Assembly (NCBI GenBank): GCA_001643675.2
Contig: LSRY02000004.1
Coordinates: forward strand, 744,001 to 808,000
Direction: 5' to 3'
From: Monocercomonoides exilis PA203
Taxonomy: Eukaryota > Protista > Preaxostyla
Length of the DNA stretch: 64,000 bases
The notes under the pieces were generated by a model. The model did no database searches. It was not told where the DNA came from and saw nothing but the letters and a program-made list of their open reading frames with translations. Shown here piece by piece: positions 33,724-47,255 of this stretch (the first letter of the stretch is position 1; every line of letters begins with the position of its first letter). The translations under genes and the position numbers were made by a program.

Positions 33724-35758
33724 GATGCGCAGGCCAAAAGCAGAAATTGGAGAAAGAGTTTGAGAGGAATACTTGTTGGATGGTGTGGGAGCAGATGAGA
33801 GAGAGCCAATGGCTGATGATAAAGATAATGAAGAAGAAGGGGAAGAAGAGGAAGAAGAGGAAGAAGATGATGATGTGGAAGAAGATGAAGGAGAAGGAGA
33901 AGAAGAAGATGTGGAAGGTGCTATTAGACTTGTGGGTAACTTTAGTCCAAAAGAATCGCTTCTTGTTTGTGTGGGAGGACGTTTGGGAAGAGAAGAAGAA
34001 GAAGAAGAAGAAGAGGAGGAGGAGGAGGAAGAAGAAGAAGAAGTTGATGAAGCAGCAGAAGAAGTTGATATTTCAGGCAGTTTTTGTTCTTCTCTAATCT
34101 TCCTCTGTTGATGCGCAGCATCTGATCGACGGTCACTTAATAGCACTCCATCCAATTTATCCGTTCTCTCTTTCTCTCTTTCTCTGTCTCTGTCTCTGTC
34201 TCTGTCTCTCTCTTCTTCTCTGCTTCTCTCTTTCATTCTAACTCTATCTTTCTCTTTGTCTTTCTCCTTCTCCTTCTCCTTCTCCCTCTCTTTCTCTCTC
34301 GACCCCTTCCTACTTCCATTGCTCGACCGCTTCGTCGAGTCCTGCGATCTCTTCTGCCTCTTCTTCACTGGCTGCCCACTCTCATTCTCCCCTTCCTCTT
34401 TCTCAAAGCTGCTCATCTTCTCCTTCTTCGGGTGATGATGATGATGGTGCGTGTGGTGGTGCAGAAGTGACGTATCGTGTTCTTGTTTGCTCTCCCTCCC
34501 TTCTTTCTGCCTCTCTTTTGTTCTGAGTGAGTTCTCTGCTTCGGCTCGGTTGTATTCGCCCTTTGGTTGTTTGGCTGTTCTGGACGTGTTTTCTCTTTCT
34601 CTTTCTCTTTCTCTTCCACTTTGAGAAAGGCGAATATGATCAGAAGATGAAACAGGCATGTTGTGTGAGTGGAGAGAAGAGATGGAGAGATGCAGTGGCT
34701 GAAGTGTGGTTGGCGTGTGAATGGAAGAATGAGAAGAAGAAGAGGAAGAGGAAGAGGAAGAAGAAGAAGAAGAAGAGGAAGAGGAAGAAGAATTTGTAGT
34801 TGAAGTTGAATTGGATGAACTGGATGAAGTGGAAGGGAGAGAAGGAGCAAGGGCAGGGGCAGGAGAGGCAGGGGGTGAGTGGTGGATGGGTGTTACAGCA
34901 TTGCGGCTGGAGTGTGTGAGTGTGTGCATTCTGAGTGGATTAGAGAGCTGGTGAACAGGATGAAGAGAAGAAGAAGAAGAAGAAGAAGAGGAGGAAGAAG
35001 AAGAAGAAGAAGATGTTGATGACGAAGTCATTGAACGTGGTGTTAGTTGAGCACTGGAGAAACCAGAAGAATAAGAAGCAGAGGTGGACTTTGGCTGAGG
35101 AGTGAGGCGGGTGTCGTGTTTGCTCTTTTGGATGGGAAGATCAACAGATCGGTGCATTGTATGGGAAAACTTGACAGAACGAGAAAGAGAAGAAGAAGAG
35201 GAGGAAGAAGAATTAGAAGAAGAAGAAATAACTGGATGTGTTGTGTTAACAGCAGCAGAAGAAGAAGAAGAAGAAGAAGAGCAGACAGAAGAAGAACGCA
35301 AATGCTGCGCAGGTTGCTTCGTCTTCAAAGCAGGTATACGTTGCCCTGGTGTAGCCAGCTCATTTGAATGGCGGGTGATGTTTGAAGTGAGTGAGGCTAA
35401 GGGAAGAGATGTGGAGGGGGAAGAAGAAGAAGAAGAAGAATTTTCGTTTATTCTCTCTTTATCGTTTTCTGAGTTTGCGTTGCTGATATTTGAATGCTGT
35501 CCTTTGATCGAATGCAACAAAGAAGAAGAAGAAGAAGAATTCGAAGAAGAAGAAGAACACATTCCCATCCCAGAATCAGAACTGGTTGTGTTATTCCTCT
35601 CAAATATGACCCCCCTCTCCCTCACTCCCCTTCCTCTTTGCCTGTCGCTGATGGCAGACGGAACAAGAACAGACGAAGATTCCTTTGTTGAATGAGGTTT
35701 TTGCCCTTTTGTGGGGAAATTGCGGGTGGAAGAGAGGGTGGCGAAGGAAGGGGAGTGA

Positions 35759-35792
<34 letters not shown>

Positions 35793-38700
35793 GTAAAGAA
35801 GAAGAAGAAGAAGAAGAAGAAGAACTAGGAGTGGATGAAGTCACAGAAGAAGCCGGGAGAGAGAAAGCAGGGGAGAACACAGAAGATTGAGGAATCTGTT
35901 TGTTAGAGGCAGAACGGGGGATGGATGAGGAAGAAGAGGAGGAAGGTAATGAAGAAGAAGAAGGAAGAGCAGTGGAGACAGGAATGGTAGACATGATGTG
36001 AGAGGTCGAGAGAAGAGGAGAAAGAGAGGAAGAAGAAGAAGAAGGGTTTAAAGAGGACGATGAATTAGAAGAAGAAGAAGAGGAGGAAGAAGAAGAAGAA
36101 GAAGAAGAATTACTTTGATTTGTCGTGATCGAAGAACCTGGAATGATAAACGTGTAATTCGTGCCGGCAATTGAAGCATTGGGTGTTTGAGGCGAAATCA
36201 TCGACACAAAAGAAGGAGGGGTGACTGGGGCAGTTAAGCCAGAGGTTAAAGAACTGCTGCTCAACATGTTTGTTTGGGGAGGGTTTGGAATTGAAATGGA
36301 GAGAGAACGAGAATCGCCTTGTGAACGAAGAGAAGAAGGAAGAATTCGACGGCCTGGGAGAAGAGAAGAAGGAGAAGGGGAGAGGGAAGAGGAAGAAGAA
36401 GAGGGGGAAGAGGAGGAGGAAGAAGATGATGATGAAGTGGATGAAAGAGAAGAAGAAGAAACAGAAGCAGACGAAGAAGCTGAAGAAGAAGCAGCTGAAT
36501 TCGTTGCAGAAGCAGGAGCACCCACCCCAATCCTCTCGATCTCTCCATATCCCGACAAACCCGATGACAACGAAGCAGCGATGCTTGTCTTTGGCGTATG
36601 GAGGAAATGATCAGCTGCGGGTGGCTGGGCATTTGATATGCCCATTTGTGATTGAGAGAGGAGTGGCTGTGATTGCGAGGCGCCGTATGTGAAGGAAGAG
36701 CGGAGGGAGAAGGAAGAAGAAGAAGAAGAAGAGGAGGAGGAGGAGGAAGAAGAAGAAGAACCGAAGAAAGTGCCTTGCTTCTGTGGAAGGACAGAAGAAG
36801 ATGAGTGGCGGCGGATGAGTGGAGGAGACATAATTGTCGAAGAAGAAGAAGAAGAAAGAGAAGAAAGATCATTTGTGTTGTCACGCAAGCCACTGCTGTT
36901 ATTATTAGCAGCTATATCTCCTGCACTCCCCACAAACATAGAGCCAGAAGAGCCATTGGAAGAAGATGATGATGAATTTATCCCTTGAATCGACCCCAGA
37001 GTCGCGCTTCGCTGTGATCTGTTCTGGTGTGGCAGTAGCAACTGCATTCCTTTCTGTGCGATCCTCATGTTCTGCTTGGCAGCTGTTGAGCACAAAGAAG
37101 AAAGATAAGCAGAAGACGAGCAACTCACAGTAACCAAGGGGCTCTGCATGTATTTTGTGATAGCGCCGTATTTCCTGACAACATCAATGCGATCTCTTTC
37201 TCTCTCTCTTTCTCTCTCTTCCCTCATGTCGATGTCTTTGGCCTCAGAATTCCAGGTGTCTTCTTCTTCTTGCAGAAGTGTGTCTGCCCATAGAGGGCAG
37301 AGCTGCAGAGGATGGAAGAAGAGAGACTGGAGATTGTCATTGGATGGATTGTTATCGGTTGAAATGGAAGAAGAAGATGATAATGAAGATAAAGAGGAAG
37401 AAGAAGATAATGAATAAGAAGAAGATGATGATGAAGATGACGAAGAAGAAGAAGAAGAAGAAGAAGAAGAACTCCCTGAATGCATCGGCATCGCCCCCGT
37501 CCTCCTCACTTCTATTGCATCAAAAACTTTGTCCACTTTCTTTGCTGCCTCTCTCACATCTCTGCTTGTGTCTGACAGCGCCAGCGACAGCAGATGGCTC
37601 AGCCGGTCAAGAGCCACCGCATCCCCCGGCAGTGTTAGCAGCTGCTTCATGAGAGGAATCAAAATAACGATCTTCCTCCTCACTGAAGACACTCGATCTC
37701 TTCCAAGCTCCATGAGTGGCTCGAAAAAATTGATCTTGGCGAAGCGGCGGGAGAAGCAGCGGAGGCAGGAAGAGGCGAAGTCGATGAAGAAGAGGCGGAA
37801 GCGGAAAGAGGGGGAGCGGGCGAGGTCTGACTGGAAGTGCGCAAGTACTTCTGTGCGAAGAGAAGAGGTCTTTAGCAATCTGGCAGCACGTGCTAAGGCA
37901 TAGGAAGCATATGGCTTAAGGGCGAATGAGTCGAAGAGGAGGGAGTGGAGGAGGGAAGGGATGACAGAGGAGAGGAGCTGGAAGGGGTTGAAGATGGGCA
38001 GGAGGAGGAGGATCTGCACGAAGAGGTCGGCTTTGGTGCGCCAGGGGAGGAGAGGTGGGGGTGTGTTGACAAGAAGGAAGGTGGGGGTGGAATTTGATGG
38101 GGAAGAAGAAGAGGAAGAAGATGCAGAAGAAGAAGAAGATGTAGAGGAAGAGGAAGAAGAAGTCGATGCTGATGATAAACAAGATGTTATTGGTGATGTT
38201 CCAGTGTCTCCACCAACAGAAAACTGGTTTTGAGAAGAAGAAGAAGAAGAACCAGATGAAGGAGAAGAAGGAGCAGAAAGAGAACCTCCATGTTCTACAC
38301 TTCCTTTTTCAGAGCTGTTAATCCCTTGCCCAATTCCACCTCCCATTGAGGAGGAAGAGGAAGAAGAGGAAGAGGAATTCAATGATAATGAAGAAGAAGA
38401 ACCAATAAGCGGAGAAATAGAACCCGGAGAAATTCCAGTCATACCCCCCGAAGTCAAACTGCCAATACTGTTAAATACATTCCCATCTGATGAATTCGCA
38501 TAACTACCAATTGAAGAAGAAGCAGAAGAAGCAGTTGAGGATGGCTGGACAGCAAGAGGAGGGAGCATGAGCCTGGTGATGAAAGGAAGGAGGGTGTTGA
38601 TAGCTTCGGTGGAGACTGTGAAAAATGGCACCACCACACTCAAAGAAGGGATCAATGCAGACAAAACAGCAGGCGAAGGATCAACAAGCAGCTTTTCGAA

Positions 38701-41700
38701 CACGTCGCGAAGGTATTTGGGGGTTTTTTCTCTGCCTAAAAGAGAGCAGAGGTCGGGAAAGGAAGAGGCGATGGGGAGGCGAACCTCAACGGAGTCATCA
38801 GAGAGGAGGTAGTGGAGAGAGGAGAGGAGGGAGAGCTGGGGAGGGGCAGAGGAGGGTTGGTTGGAGGAAGAGGAAGAGGAAGAGGAAGATGAGGAGGAAG
38901 ATGACGAAGAGGAAGAGGAAGAGGAAGAAGACGAGGAGGAAGAAGAGGAAGAAGAACCAGATGTGTTTGAAGATGAAGTCAAAGACGAAGAAATAGATGG
39001 AGTGTATATGTGTGTTCCTTTCATAGGCTTAAAGCCAACATACTTCGCAAAGCAAGGGAAGTTGAAGGCAACGTCTATTTTGACCTGATAAGCAAGCACC
39101 GGAAGCAGATAGGAGTTGGAGCGGTCATATTGGAGAGAAGAGAGAGAGAAAGAAGGAGAGCCAGAGGAAACAGAAGAAGATGAGGAGGAGGATGAAGAGG
39201 AAGAAGAAGATGATGATATTGAAGAAGATGATGAAGGCGATAGAGAAGAAGAAGAGGAAGAAGAAGAAGAGCCACCGCCTGCACCACCAGCTAATGCTGA
39301 ACACGACTGAATATGATTGGGCACATAGTTCTGCAGGCAGACATGCCTCACAAACGCCAAAACAGCCTTGTTGAATGCCAACAGCTGCGCTGCGCTGTCT
39401 TTCTCGTCTTTCTCCTTCGCAATCAATCCTTCGCGCCCTTCTCCAAGATCCAATGAGCTTCTTCGGTCTCTTTCTCTTTCTCTTTCTCTCTCTCCTTCTT
39501 TCTCCTTCTCTTTGTTACTAATACTTAAATTAACATTCATATTCATCCCTCCACTTTCTTTCTCTTTCTCTTTCTCCCTCTCGCTTCTGCAGAGCCTCCA
39601 CACGAACCTGCCCAGCCCCCGCGACACCACAAACGCTATTTCTGTGCTCTTCACAGCCGCATTCAGCATTTTGATGAGCCAAGGAAACAATTTGGTTTGT
39701 TTAGTGTTGCTATCGATGCATTCACACACATGCGACAAAGAGAGGAACGCAGCGCGGCGCAGAAGGAGAGAAGAAGGGACGCTGCTGAAGAGATCGAATG
39801 GAGAAGAAGAAGAAAAGGAAGAAGAGGAAGAGGAAGAAGAAGGAGAAGGAGAAATTGACAAAGGGATTGATTGAAGAGGCAAAGAAAGAGAAGCAGTGAG
39901 ACACGTGAAGTGGGGTGTGGTTGAAGAAGGAAGCAGACTTGCACCAGAATACATAGCAAATGACGCTGAAGACGCTGCTGCTGCCGCCTTCTCCTTCTCC
40001 TTCTTGTCTCCTTCTTTCTCTTTCTCCTCTCTTTCTCTTGTTGCTGATGATGCTGTGGTTGATGATGATGACGACGACGACGACGATCCTGCTGCTGACG
40101 ATGAAGAAGAGGAAGATGATGATGATGATGGCAATAAGATGGTTGCATAACCTGGTTCTCCCGCTGTCTTCATCAGCTCTGCAATCACTTTGGCCGAAAA
40201 GCATTCTTTTCCCATCGCGTTCTTCATCGCCTCGATGGCAAAGCATTCACCCTCATAGCTGCTTCCGAGGGAAGAATTTGAGGATGATGAAGAATTTTGA
40301 GAGGAAGAAGAGGAAGAGGAGGAAGAGGAAGAAGATGAAGATGAAGATAATGAAGAAGCCGAAGAAGAAGAAGAGGAAGAAGAAGAAGAGCCAACAGAAG
40401 CAGATGAAGATCCTAAAGAAGATGGCGACATTTGAGAAGAAGAGAAGAGATATGAAGAAGATGAAAGCAGCATCAGCCTTACTTCATCATCAGGATCACG
40501 CAACAGAACAGAAAAGAAGCGGTCGTAGATTTGTTTGAGCGCTCGGCCGGGAAAGAAAGAAGAGTTTGAAGAAGAGGAAGAAGAGGAGGATGATGATGAT
40601 GAAGTTGATGTTGATGATGCAGATGATGACGAAGAAGATGAAGATGGAGAAAGTGCATTTTGATTATTTGATCCAGAAGCAGCAGCAGCAGCAGAGGCAG
40701 AAGGAAAAAGAGAAGAGCTGGAAGAATTAACAGCACTCCAAAACTCAGCTGAAAAGGGAGGAGTTGACAAGATGGAAGGCGCACCCCATCCAAACGGAAG
40801 AGGAGCTGAAAGAAGCTGCTGCTGCAGCTGAAGCTGATGATGTTGGAGTTGTTGAGAAGAAAGATTCGAACCTGGAGATAGCGATGAAGAAGGCGTGACA
40901 GAGGAAGAGGAAGAAGAAGAGGAAGAAGAAGAGGAAGAGCGGGAATAACGTGTGTCTGTGGAAAAAGCAGCAGTATTTGAAGGAGGGGGAGGGTGCAGCA
41001 GATGAGAAGAATGAGAAGAATGAGAGGGATGTGATGGAATCGGCTGGAGCGGAGCAGGCGAATGTGATGGGGAATATGGAGAAACAGAGCGAGTACTGTG
41101 AGAAGAAGCTGTTTTGAGTGTCTTGTTGGAAGATGTGTTCAGGTCAGAGGAGAAAGGAGAGGAGGAAGGCGAATAAGAGGAAGCGATGATGTTGGAGTAA
41201 TGGTGCGAAGAGAGACATGACTGGGAAGAGGTGAGGTGCTGCAGAATGAAGCTTGGAAAGGGAGGGAAGGGCATCTGGTTGGTGTTTGTGATGTGATAGG
41301 ATGAAATGCCTGGAAGAGGAGGAGGCGATATAGGCGGGGAAATGATCGTTGATGATGAGGACATGGATGAAGAAGAAGAAGATGATGATGATGATGATGA
41401 TGAAGTCGATGCAGATGATGATAGAAGAGCAGATGCAGATGCCGAAGGCAAAATAGATTTTTTGAGTAATTGCTTTGAGGGTAAAAAGTTAAGATGCTGG
41501 TTCGGTGAGACAAAAAATACGCCAGTGCCATTGTCATCTTTTTCTTTAAATTTATCGAAATCTTTGTCGCCAGGTGAAGAATTGTTCAGATTCATTATAT
41601 GACGATGTTGAGGATGAAGAACAACAAAAGATCCAATAAAGTTTACAAGTTTTATCATTATCTGGCAAGATAAAACTTTTGATTTTATTGATTCGTAAAC

Positions 41701-42337
41701 TTCTGATTTTAATAGAAGAGCATCAACAATTTCTTGAAGATTGCAATCTCTTGGTCGCATGTCCAACATCAATCCAAGAACTTCTAGATAAGCATGACAA
41801 GCAGCTTCGTCAAACTCAGAAATAAACCTCAAGATTGGTTGCATTAAACATTTAATTGTACCAATAGTTATTGATCGTGTTGTTAACGCTTCAATAAACA
41901 TTTGAGCTACCTTTTCTTGAAATGGACCTTCAGAATTTAGAACAAATTCCTTTTTTAGATAATTTTTGATTTTGAATAAGCATAAACACATTTAATTCAA
42001 AATAAATTGCAACAAACCATTATCTTTGGTATGAATGGATTGAGCTCATCTCCACAATCACGAAAGTAGCGAGTAAGCGATAAAATTAATATTTCAATTT
42101 GTTGCTTGTTTCCTCCATTTAAAATGTTTTTGACATGCTCTATCAGTGGAACATCTTCACGCATAACAAATTTATCAATTTCTTCTTGGGGCTTAAGAAA
42201 GAAAAGTGTTAATATTTCGAGAAAAATAAGTGTAATCATTTTAAGATAAAGTTTTTGATTCAAACCTTTGAAAGAACTGGAATTTTTTCTTCCACATCAA
42301 ATTCTATTGATCTCGATCCTGTAAACCCCTTAAGCAT
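33310..42337 (-). CDS. PPP4R4: PP4 regulatory subunit 4-like HEAT-repeat protein, ~2,950 aa, heavily expanded by poly-Ser, 3 exons
   Basis: Spliced N-terminus LSKPQEEIDKFVMREDVPLIEHVKNILNGG resembles PPP4R4 (LKTPEEIERLTVDEDL). HEAT motifs LLRDPDDEVR, AFNFPCF, LLSDDSVEVRLPIA, LPWR, DRVSSVR and LSDTSRDVREAA. The last exon is ~8.6 kb. Confidence 0.8.
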
Positions 42338-43149
42338 CGTTATGTCGCATTAAAGAAATAATCAAATAATTTAGAAATTTTATTATAGATAATATTCCGG
42401 ATCAGATGAAAAACTATTTGTGCATTAACTATTTTTTCAAACATTGAAGGAATTATTTTTATTGAAGCCTGAAATAGAAAAGTTAGTTTTATTAATTATT
42501 AAGATTGAAAAAATTTTTTGAAGTGAAAAAATTTTCAGAACATTAAAAACATGAAGAAAAATTATTTCATTTTATTTCCGGAATAAATGATTTATTCAAT
42601 CGTTGAATTGTTATATACTCATTTAATTTAATATTTTTTTGGGTAATTCTGTGGTGCACAATGAAACGAAAGAAAAATACATTAAACAAAAAATGCAAAT
42701 TTGTCTCAGTTTCATTCAGTATAACCATGAAAATTTAGAAAATTAAATGTAATTTTATTCATTCTATTCTGCTTGCCTCTTTCCGAAAGCTATGCTCAAT
42801 AAAGTTTATGATAAAATAGTCATTTTTATTGAATGATAAGCACGCTGATATTTCTGCAAATATTAAATGATTTGCTATTACTGTTATTAAATTATGTGCA
42901 TGTTTATGCTTTAATCTTAAAATATAAATATGTTTCACTGTTGCAAATAATCATGTGATTTTTTAAGATCATTCAAAAAAATATTTAATACATATTTATT
43001 TTTTCGAAACCCTCGGAAATTGCACTCTGTGATACAAAAATTAAAATTAGTCGATATTTTAAACTCTATTTTCTTTGTTGTTAAAAAATGAATAAGAAAT
43101 ATGTGGGAATAATGATCCAGATCACAGTACCCCATTTACAGAAAGTTCG

Positions 43150-45457
43150 ATGACGGCAGATCCAACAAATTCAGATGTTCAAGGCCAACAGGGAGGTGGA
43201 GAACAAACTGCAGGAGGAACACAAACCGAGGGACAGCACGAGAATACGCAGTCAAAGTTTATAAAATTTTCATGAATTTCCAGAACTCATTTTCAAATAA
43301 ATCTGCATCTTTCTTTTTAAATATATATTGTTTTCTTGCGTCCATATATTTATAATTTCTATTTATCTTTACAATAGTCCATTAAAAGTCGAGTATTTCG
43401 CATCGGAATGTTCAATCCCGTTTCACCCTGATCATTATAGATTAAGGATGACTTTTTCAGATAAACCTGCAAATGATACGTGCATTGTGATTTGCTCGCA
43501 GACTTTGTGCTTTATTTTGCAATACACGCTTCCAACAATTTTTACTCCAATTGAAGCGGCAAAAACAGGAAAAGCTCTCAAAATCCCAACTTATAATGCA
43601 ACAGGAACACGCATGAAAACGGGTTTTGTAAACTTTTTCAGGCAAGTCCGACAGCACGCTTATTTGACAACAGCAGAACTGCTTTATACATTGTGCCTTT
43701 TCGATCGTCTTGTGAGAAGTGACTTGAAACAACGCAATACATACCAATGCTATTTTCTCAATGATGCCACTGTGCCAGTGTATTTGCTATGTTCTGTTAT
43801 TGTCAGCTTAAAAATGAGCAGAGATCATCCGCTTACAAATCATTTTTGGAGTCGTTTGTTTGCAGTTCCACTACCACATTTGAATATTTCTGAAAGAAGA
43901 TTTTTAAAATGGATTGAATACAAAATCCTCATGGATGTTGATGAATATGAGATTTTGTTTAATGCACTGCTTTCTCCCACAATTATCGAGAGCTTCAAAG
44001 AAATGGAGAAGCCCAAAGAAGCAGGAAAAGTTGAAAACTCAAGTTCAAAGAAATCAAATGCACTTAGCAATGCATCACTTGTACCAGGCCCATCAGGAGA
44101 TGTTGATTCGAGCATTTCTATTTTCTCGAACACATCATTGTTTAAAGGCCCAACAGCAAAGCCAACTTCTTCAAAGCAATCCTCCAGTTCATCAAAGGCG
44201 CCAAATACAAGTTCGTCGACTTCGACTTCGTCATCGTCGTCATCATCTTCTTCTTCTTCAACTGCTGCTGCTGCTCCCTCATCCTCCTCATCTTCTACTG
44301 CTTCTACTGCTTCTATTCCTTCCACCACTTCATCATCATCATCATCCTCCTCTTCCTCCTCCTCTTCTTCTTCTTCAACTCCTTCTTCATCAATCAAGAA
44401 ATTTGCACTCACAAAGGAAGCCATCTCTAAGCTGACTCTGCCACCTGCGCCGAGCATGCCAGTGATGACTAGAACGAGCAACTTCGATGCTCTTCGCAGC
44501 ATCCCATGCCCAACATTCAACAGCTCAATAACAAGCGAGCATAACTCAGTGCGTGGCAATATTTCTTCTTCTTCTTCTTCTTCTTCTTCAATGTCTTTGC
44601 CAAGCAATGGACAGCAAATCAACCCGAATTCCACTTCGACTTCTTTGATTTCTCCAGTCTCTTCCATTTCTTCTGTTTCTTCAGCTTCTTCGAGCTTGCC
44701 TCGCCTGCCTGAAAACTCCATCAAGACCAGCCAGACTCACAAGTCTCAGAGTCCAAATGTCGAGATTGATGAGATATTTCCTCTTGCAGCCAATTTCCCA
44801 GCCTCATCGCCGCATAACGATTTCCTCCTTGCCAACCCAGCTTCAAATCCGAAGCAAAAAACAGTTGCGGACTTTTCTGGCTCCACAGCCAAATGCTACA
44901 ACTATCCTTCTGAGCATGCTGCTTCTGGCACATTGGGAGGCAACTTTTATGCCCAGACATCAACTTCTTCCTCTTCTGCTTCTTCGTCTTCATCCTCCTC
45001 CTCTTCTTCTTCTTCTTCCTCTTCCTCTTCCAATTCATTTGCCGACCTCTCCTTCGACAAGCTCACAATATCAACCACTTCGGCGAATATGATGTCCAAG
45101 CTGCGTCCGCAGCCTCCGCCCCCTCCTCCTCCTCCGCCTTGCTTCACATTTGCACATCTTTCACATCCACCTCCACCACCTCCTCCCCCTCCTCCCCCAC
45201 CCACAGCTCTTGCAGCTACGTCTGCTTATCCATTGATCTGCACGTTTTCTTGTGCTTCGTCTTCGACTTCGTTCTCTTCCTCTACGTCTTCTCAACGGCT
45301 TCCACCACTTCCACATCACAGCACATCTTCATCATCATCATCATCTTCTTCTTCTTCTTCTTCCTCCTCCTCTTCTTCTTCCTCTTCTTCTCAAAATCTG
45401 AATGAAACACCCACAAATACAACTCGCCACAATCGCCAATCATCAACCCAGTTATGA
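43150..45457 (+). CDS. PHO80/Pcl (P/U-type) cyclin with a long Ser/Pro-rich tail, 2 exons
   Basis: Cyclin box LLYTLCLFDRL...YLLCSVIVSLKMSRDHPLTNHFWSRLFAVPLPHLNISERRFLKWIEYKI. ATG at 43150; intron ~43257-43377. Confidence 0.85.
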
Positions 45458-45849
45458 ATATGGAAATGTTAGCGTTTCCGGGTCAGTAAAGCTTTTTCTC
45501 ATTTCCTTTTATTTTGCTTAACTTAATCTTTTTTTTTATTTTTTATCTTTTCTAACTTTATATTTTAAACTTGTTCATTATTGCTATTGATTCTCCTGTT
45601 TGTATTTGCTATTGCTGTTCTTATTCTTGTTCTTGTTCTTATTCTAATTCTAATTCTTATTTTGTATTGTTCTGCTCTGTTCTCTTTCTTCTCTGTTCAT
45701 ATTTTTATTCTTATAGCAATTGATATTTCATTTAGACCTTGTTTGCTATCAAATTAGATACATTCAGCATTATTTTTGTTGAAGATGAGAGAGAAAGAAA
45801 GAGAAAGCAAGGATGAATAGATGGATGGATGGAAGAGAGTAAGTGAGAG

Positions 45850-45859
45850 AGTTAAAGTG

Positions 45860-45894
<35 letters not shown>

Positions 45895-46410
45895 TTAAAG
45901 AAACAAATAGAAGGAGAGATGAAGAGAAAGAAATTAATAATGTTTTTGAGATAATTCTATTTTAACTCAAATTGTTTGAAGCCGTCTAGTATTTTTGTGA
46001 ACATTTGTGATTCGTGTTTTTTTTGCATCTGAGGCTTCGTTTTTATATGTTGATTGTGAAAACAAAATCAAAAAAGAAGAAGAAGAAACGAATAAAAAAA
46101 AGAAAAGAAAAGAAAAGAAAAGAAAGAATTTTCGCATTTGCAACATTTTCTGAATGTTATTCTTGATTAGATTGCCAGTTCACACCTTTATTTTGTATTT
46201 TTATTGATTTATTTAAACCAATTGTTATTTCTCATTCTATCTTTGTATATCTTTTTATTTCCTCTTTTTCCTTTTCTTTTTTTCTTTCTTAGTTTATATT
46301 CGCGTTGACTATTCAGTTTTATTAAATATTTTTTTTTCCTTTTTTTTTAATTTCCTTTTTCTTTTTTCCTTTTTCCTTTTTCCTTTTCCTTTTTCTTTTT
46401 CTTTTTGTTT
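45850..46410. repeat. Microsatellite-rich T-rich spacer/3' UTR: (GA)n, (AAAAG)n, (CCTTTTT)n
   Basis: Simple repeats visible at ~45871-45893, ~46097-46125 and ~46363-46400. Confidence 0.8.
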
Positions 46411-47255
46411 TTGTTTTATTATTGTTATTATTATTGCCATTTAAATATAGTAATAGTTAGTATTTTGTTTGTCGCTGCCCTTTTGGGAAACCAACGTATT
46501 TTTAGGAAATTTTTCAAATGTTTTTATTTTTCCTTTTTTTTTTTTTTTTTCAATCTTTTTATTTTTGTTTGAAAAGAAATAATATGAAAATTTTTTATTT
46601 TATTTTATTTTATTTTTCTCTGACTTTTTGCTTGTTATTGGAAATATAGTTTCTTTTTGTCTTTTTTGTCTTTTTCTTTTTCTTTATTTCCTTTTTTTTT
46701 GAATAATTCTTCTCTCATTCATTTCATGTTATATCAATGCCAAATTCGGCTGTAAGTCTTCAGTCATCCTCTCTCCAGTTGTTTGAACTCGAACCTCTGT
46801 TTTTTTCAGTTACAATAATAATTTTCTTTAATTTTCTTTAATTTTTTTTTCCTTATTTCCTTTTTTTCTTCTTATTTTTAATTTTATTTAAATGATGACT
46901 TTTGGTTATTATTCATCGTCTGCTTCCTTGTACCTACTTTTTTTTAACCCCCTCACATACAAATCCTTGGACCCATCAGGGATTGCCTTTGCAACGTTTA
47001 TATTGTTTTTAATTTATGTGTCGATTTTCAAATAAAAGAGAAAATGGTGCTGTAGTGCATTTTGTGTGGATTATCTTTAGTTACGGCGTTTTGTTAATTG
47101 GATCTTTATTGAATTAATTTAATTTTTATTTTATTTTGATTATTGTTTTTCTTGTAAACTAAAAAAGTTTATAAACATAATTAACACAAAATACAACTAT
47201 CAGCTGGGATTTCTAATAAACACTCAGGAAGAAATTAGCAGCAAGAACGGGGAAA

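Noticed and set aside
33288-41602. Many poly-Glu/Lys/Leu ORFs on the opposite strand or in shifted frames (also at 16-2356, 12403-13562 and 43840-45405)
   Set aside because: These are shadow frames of (TCT)n poly-Ser codons, which lack stops. They show no independent coding signal.
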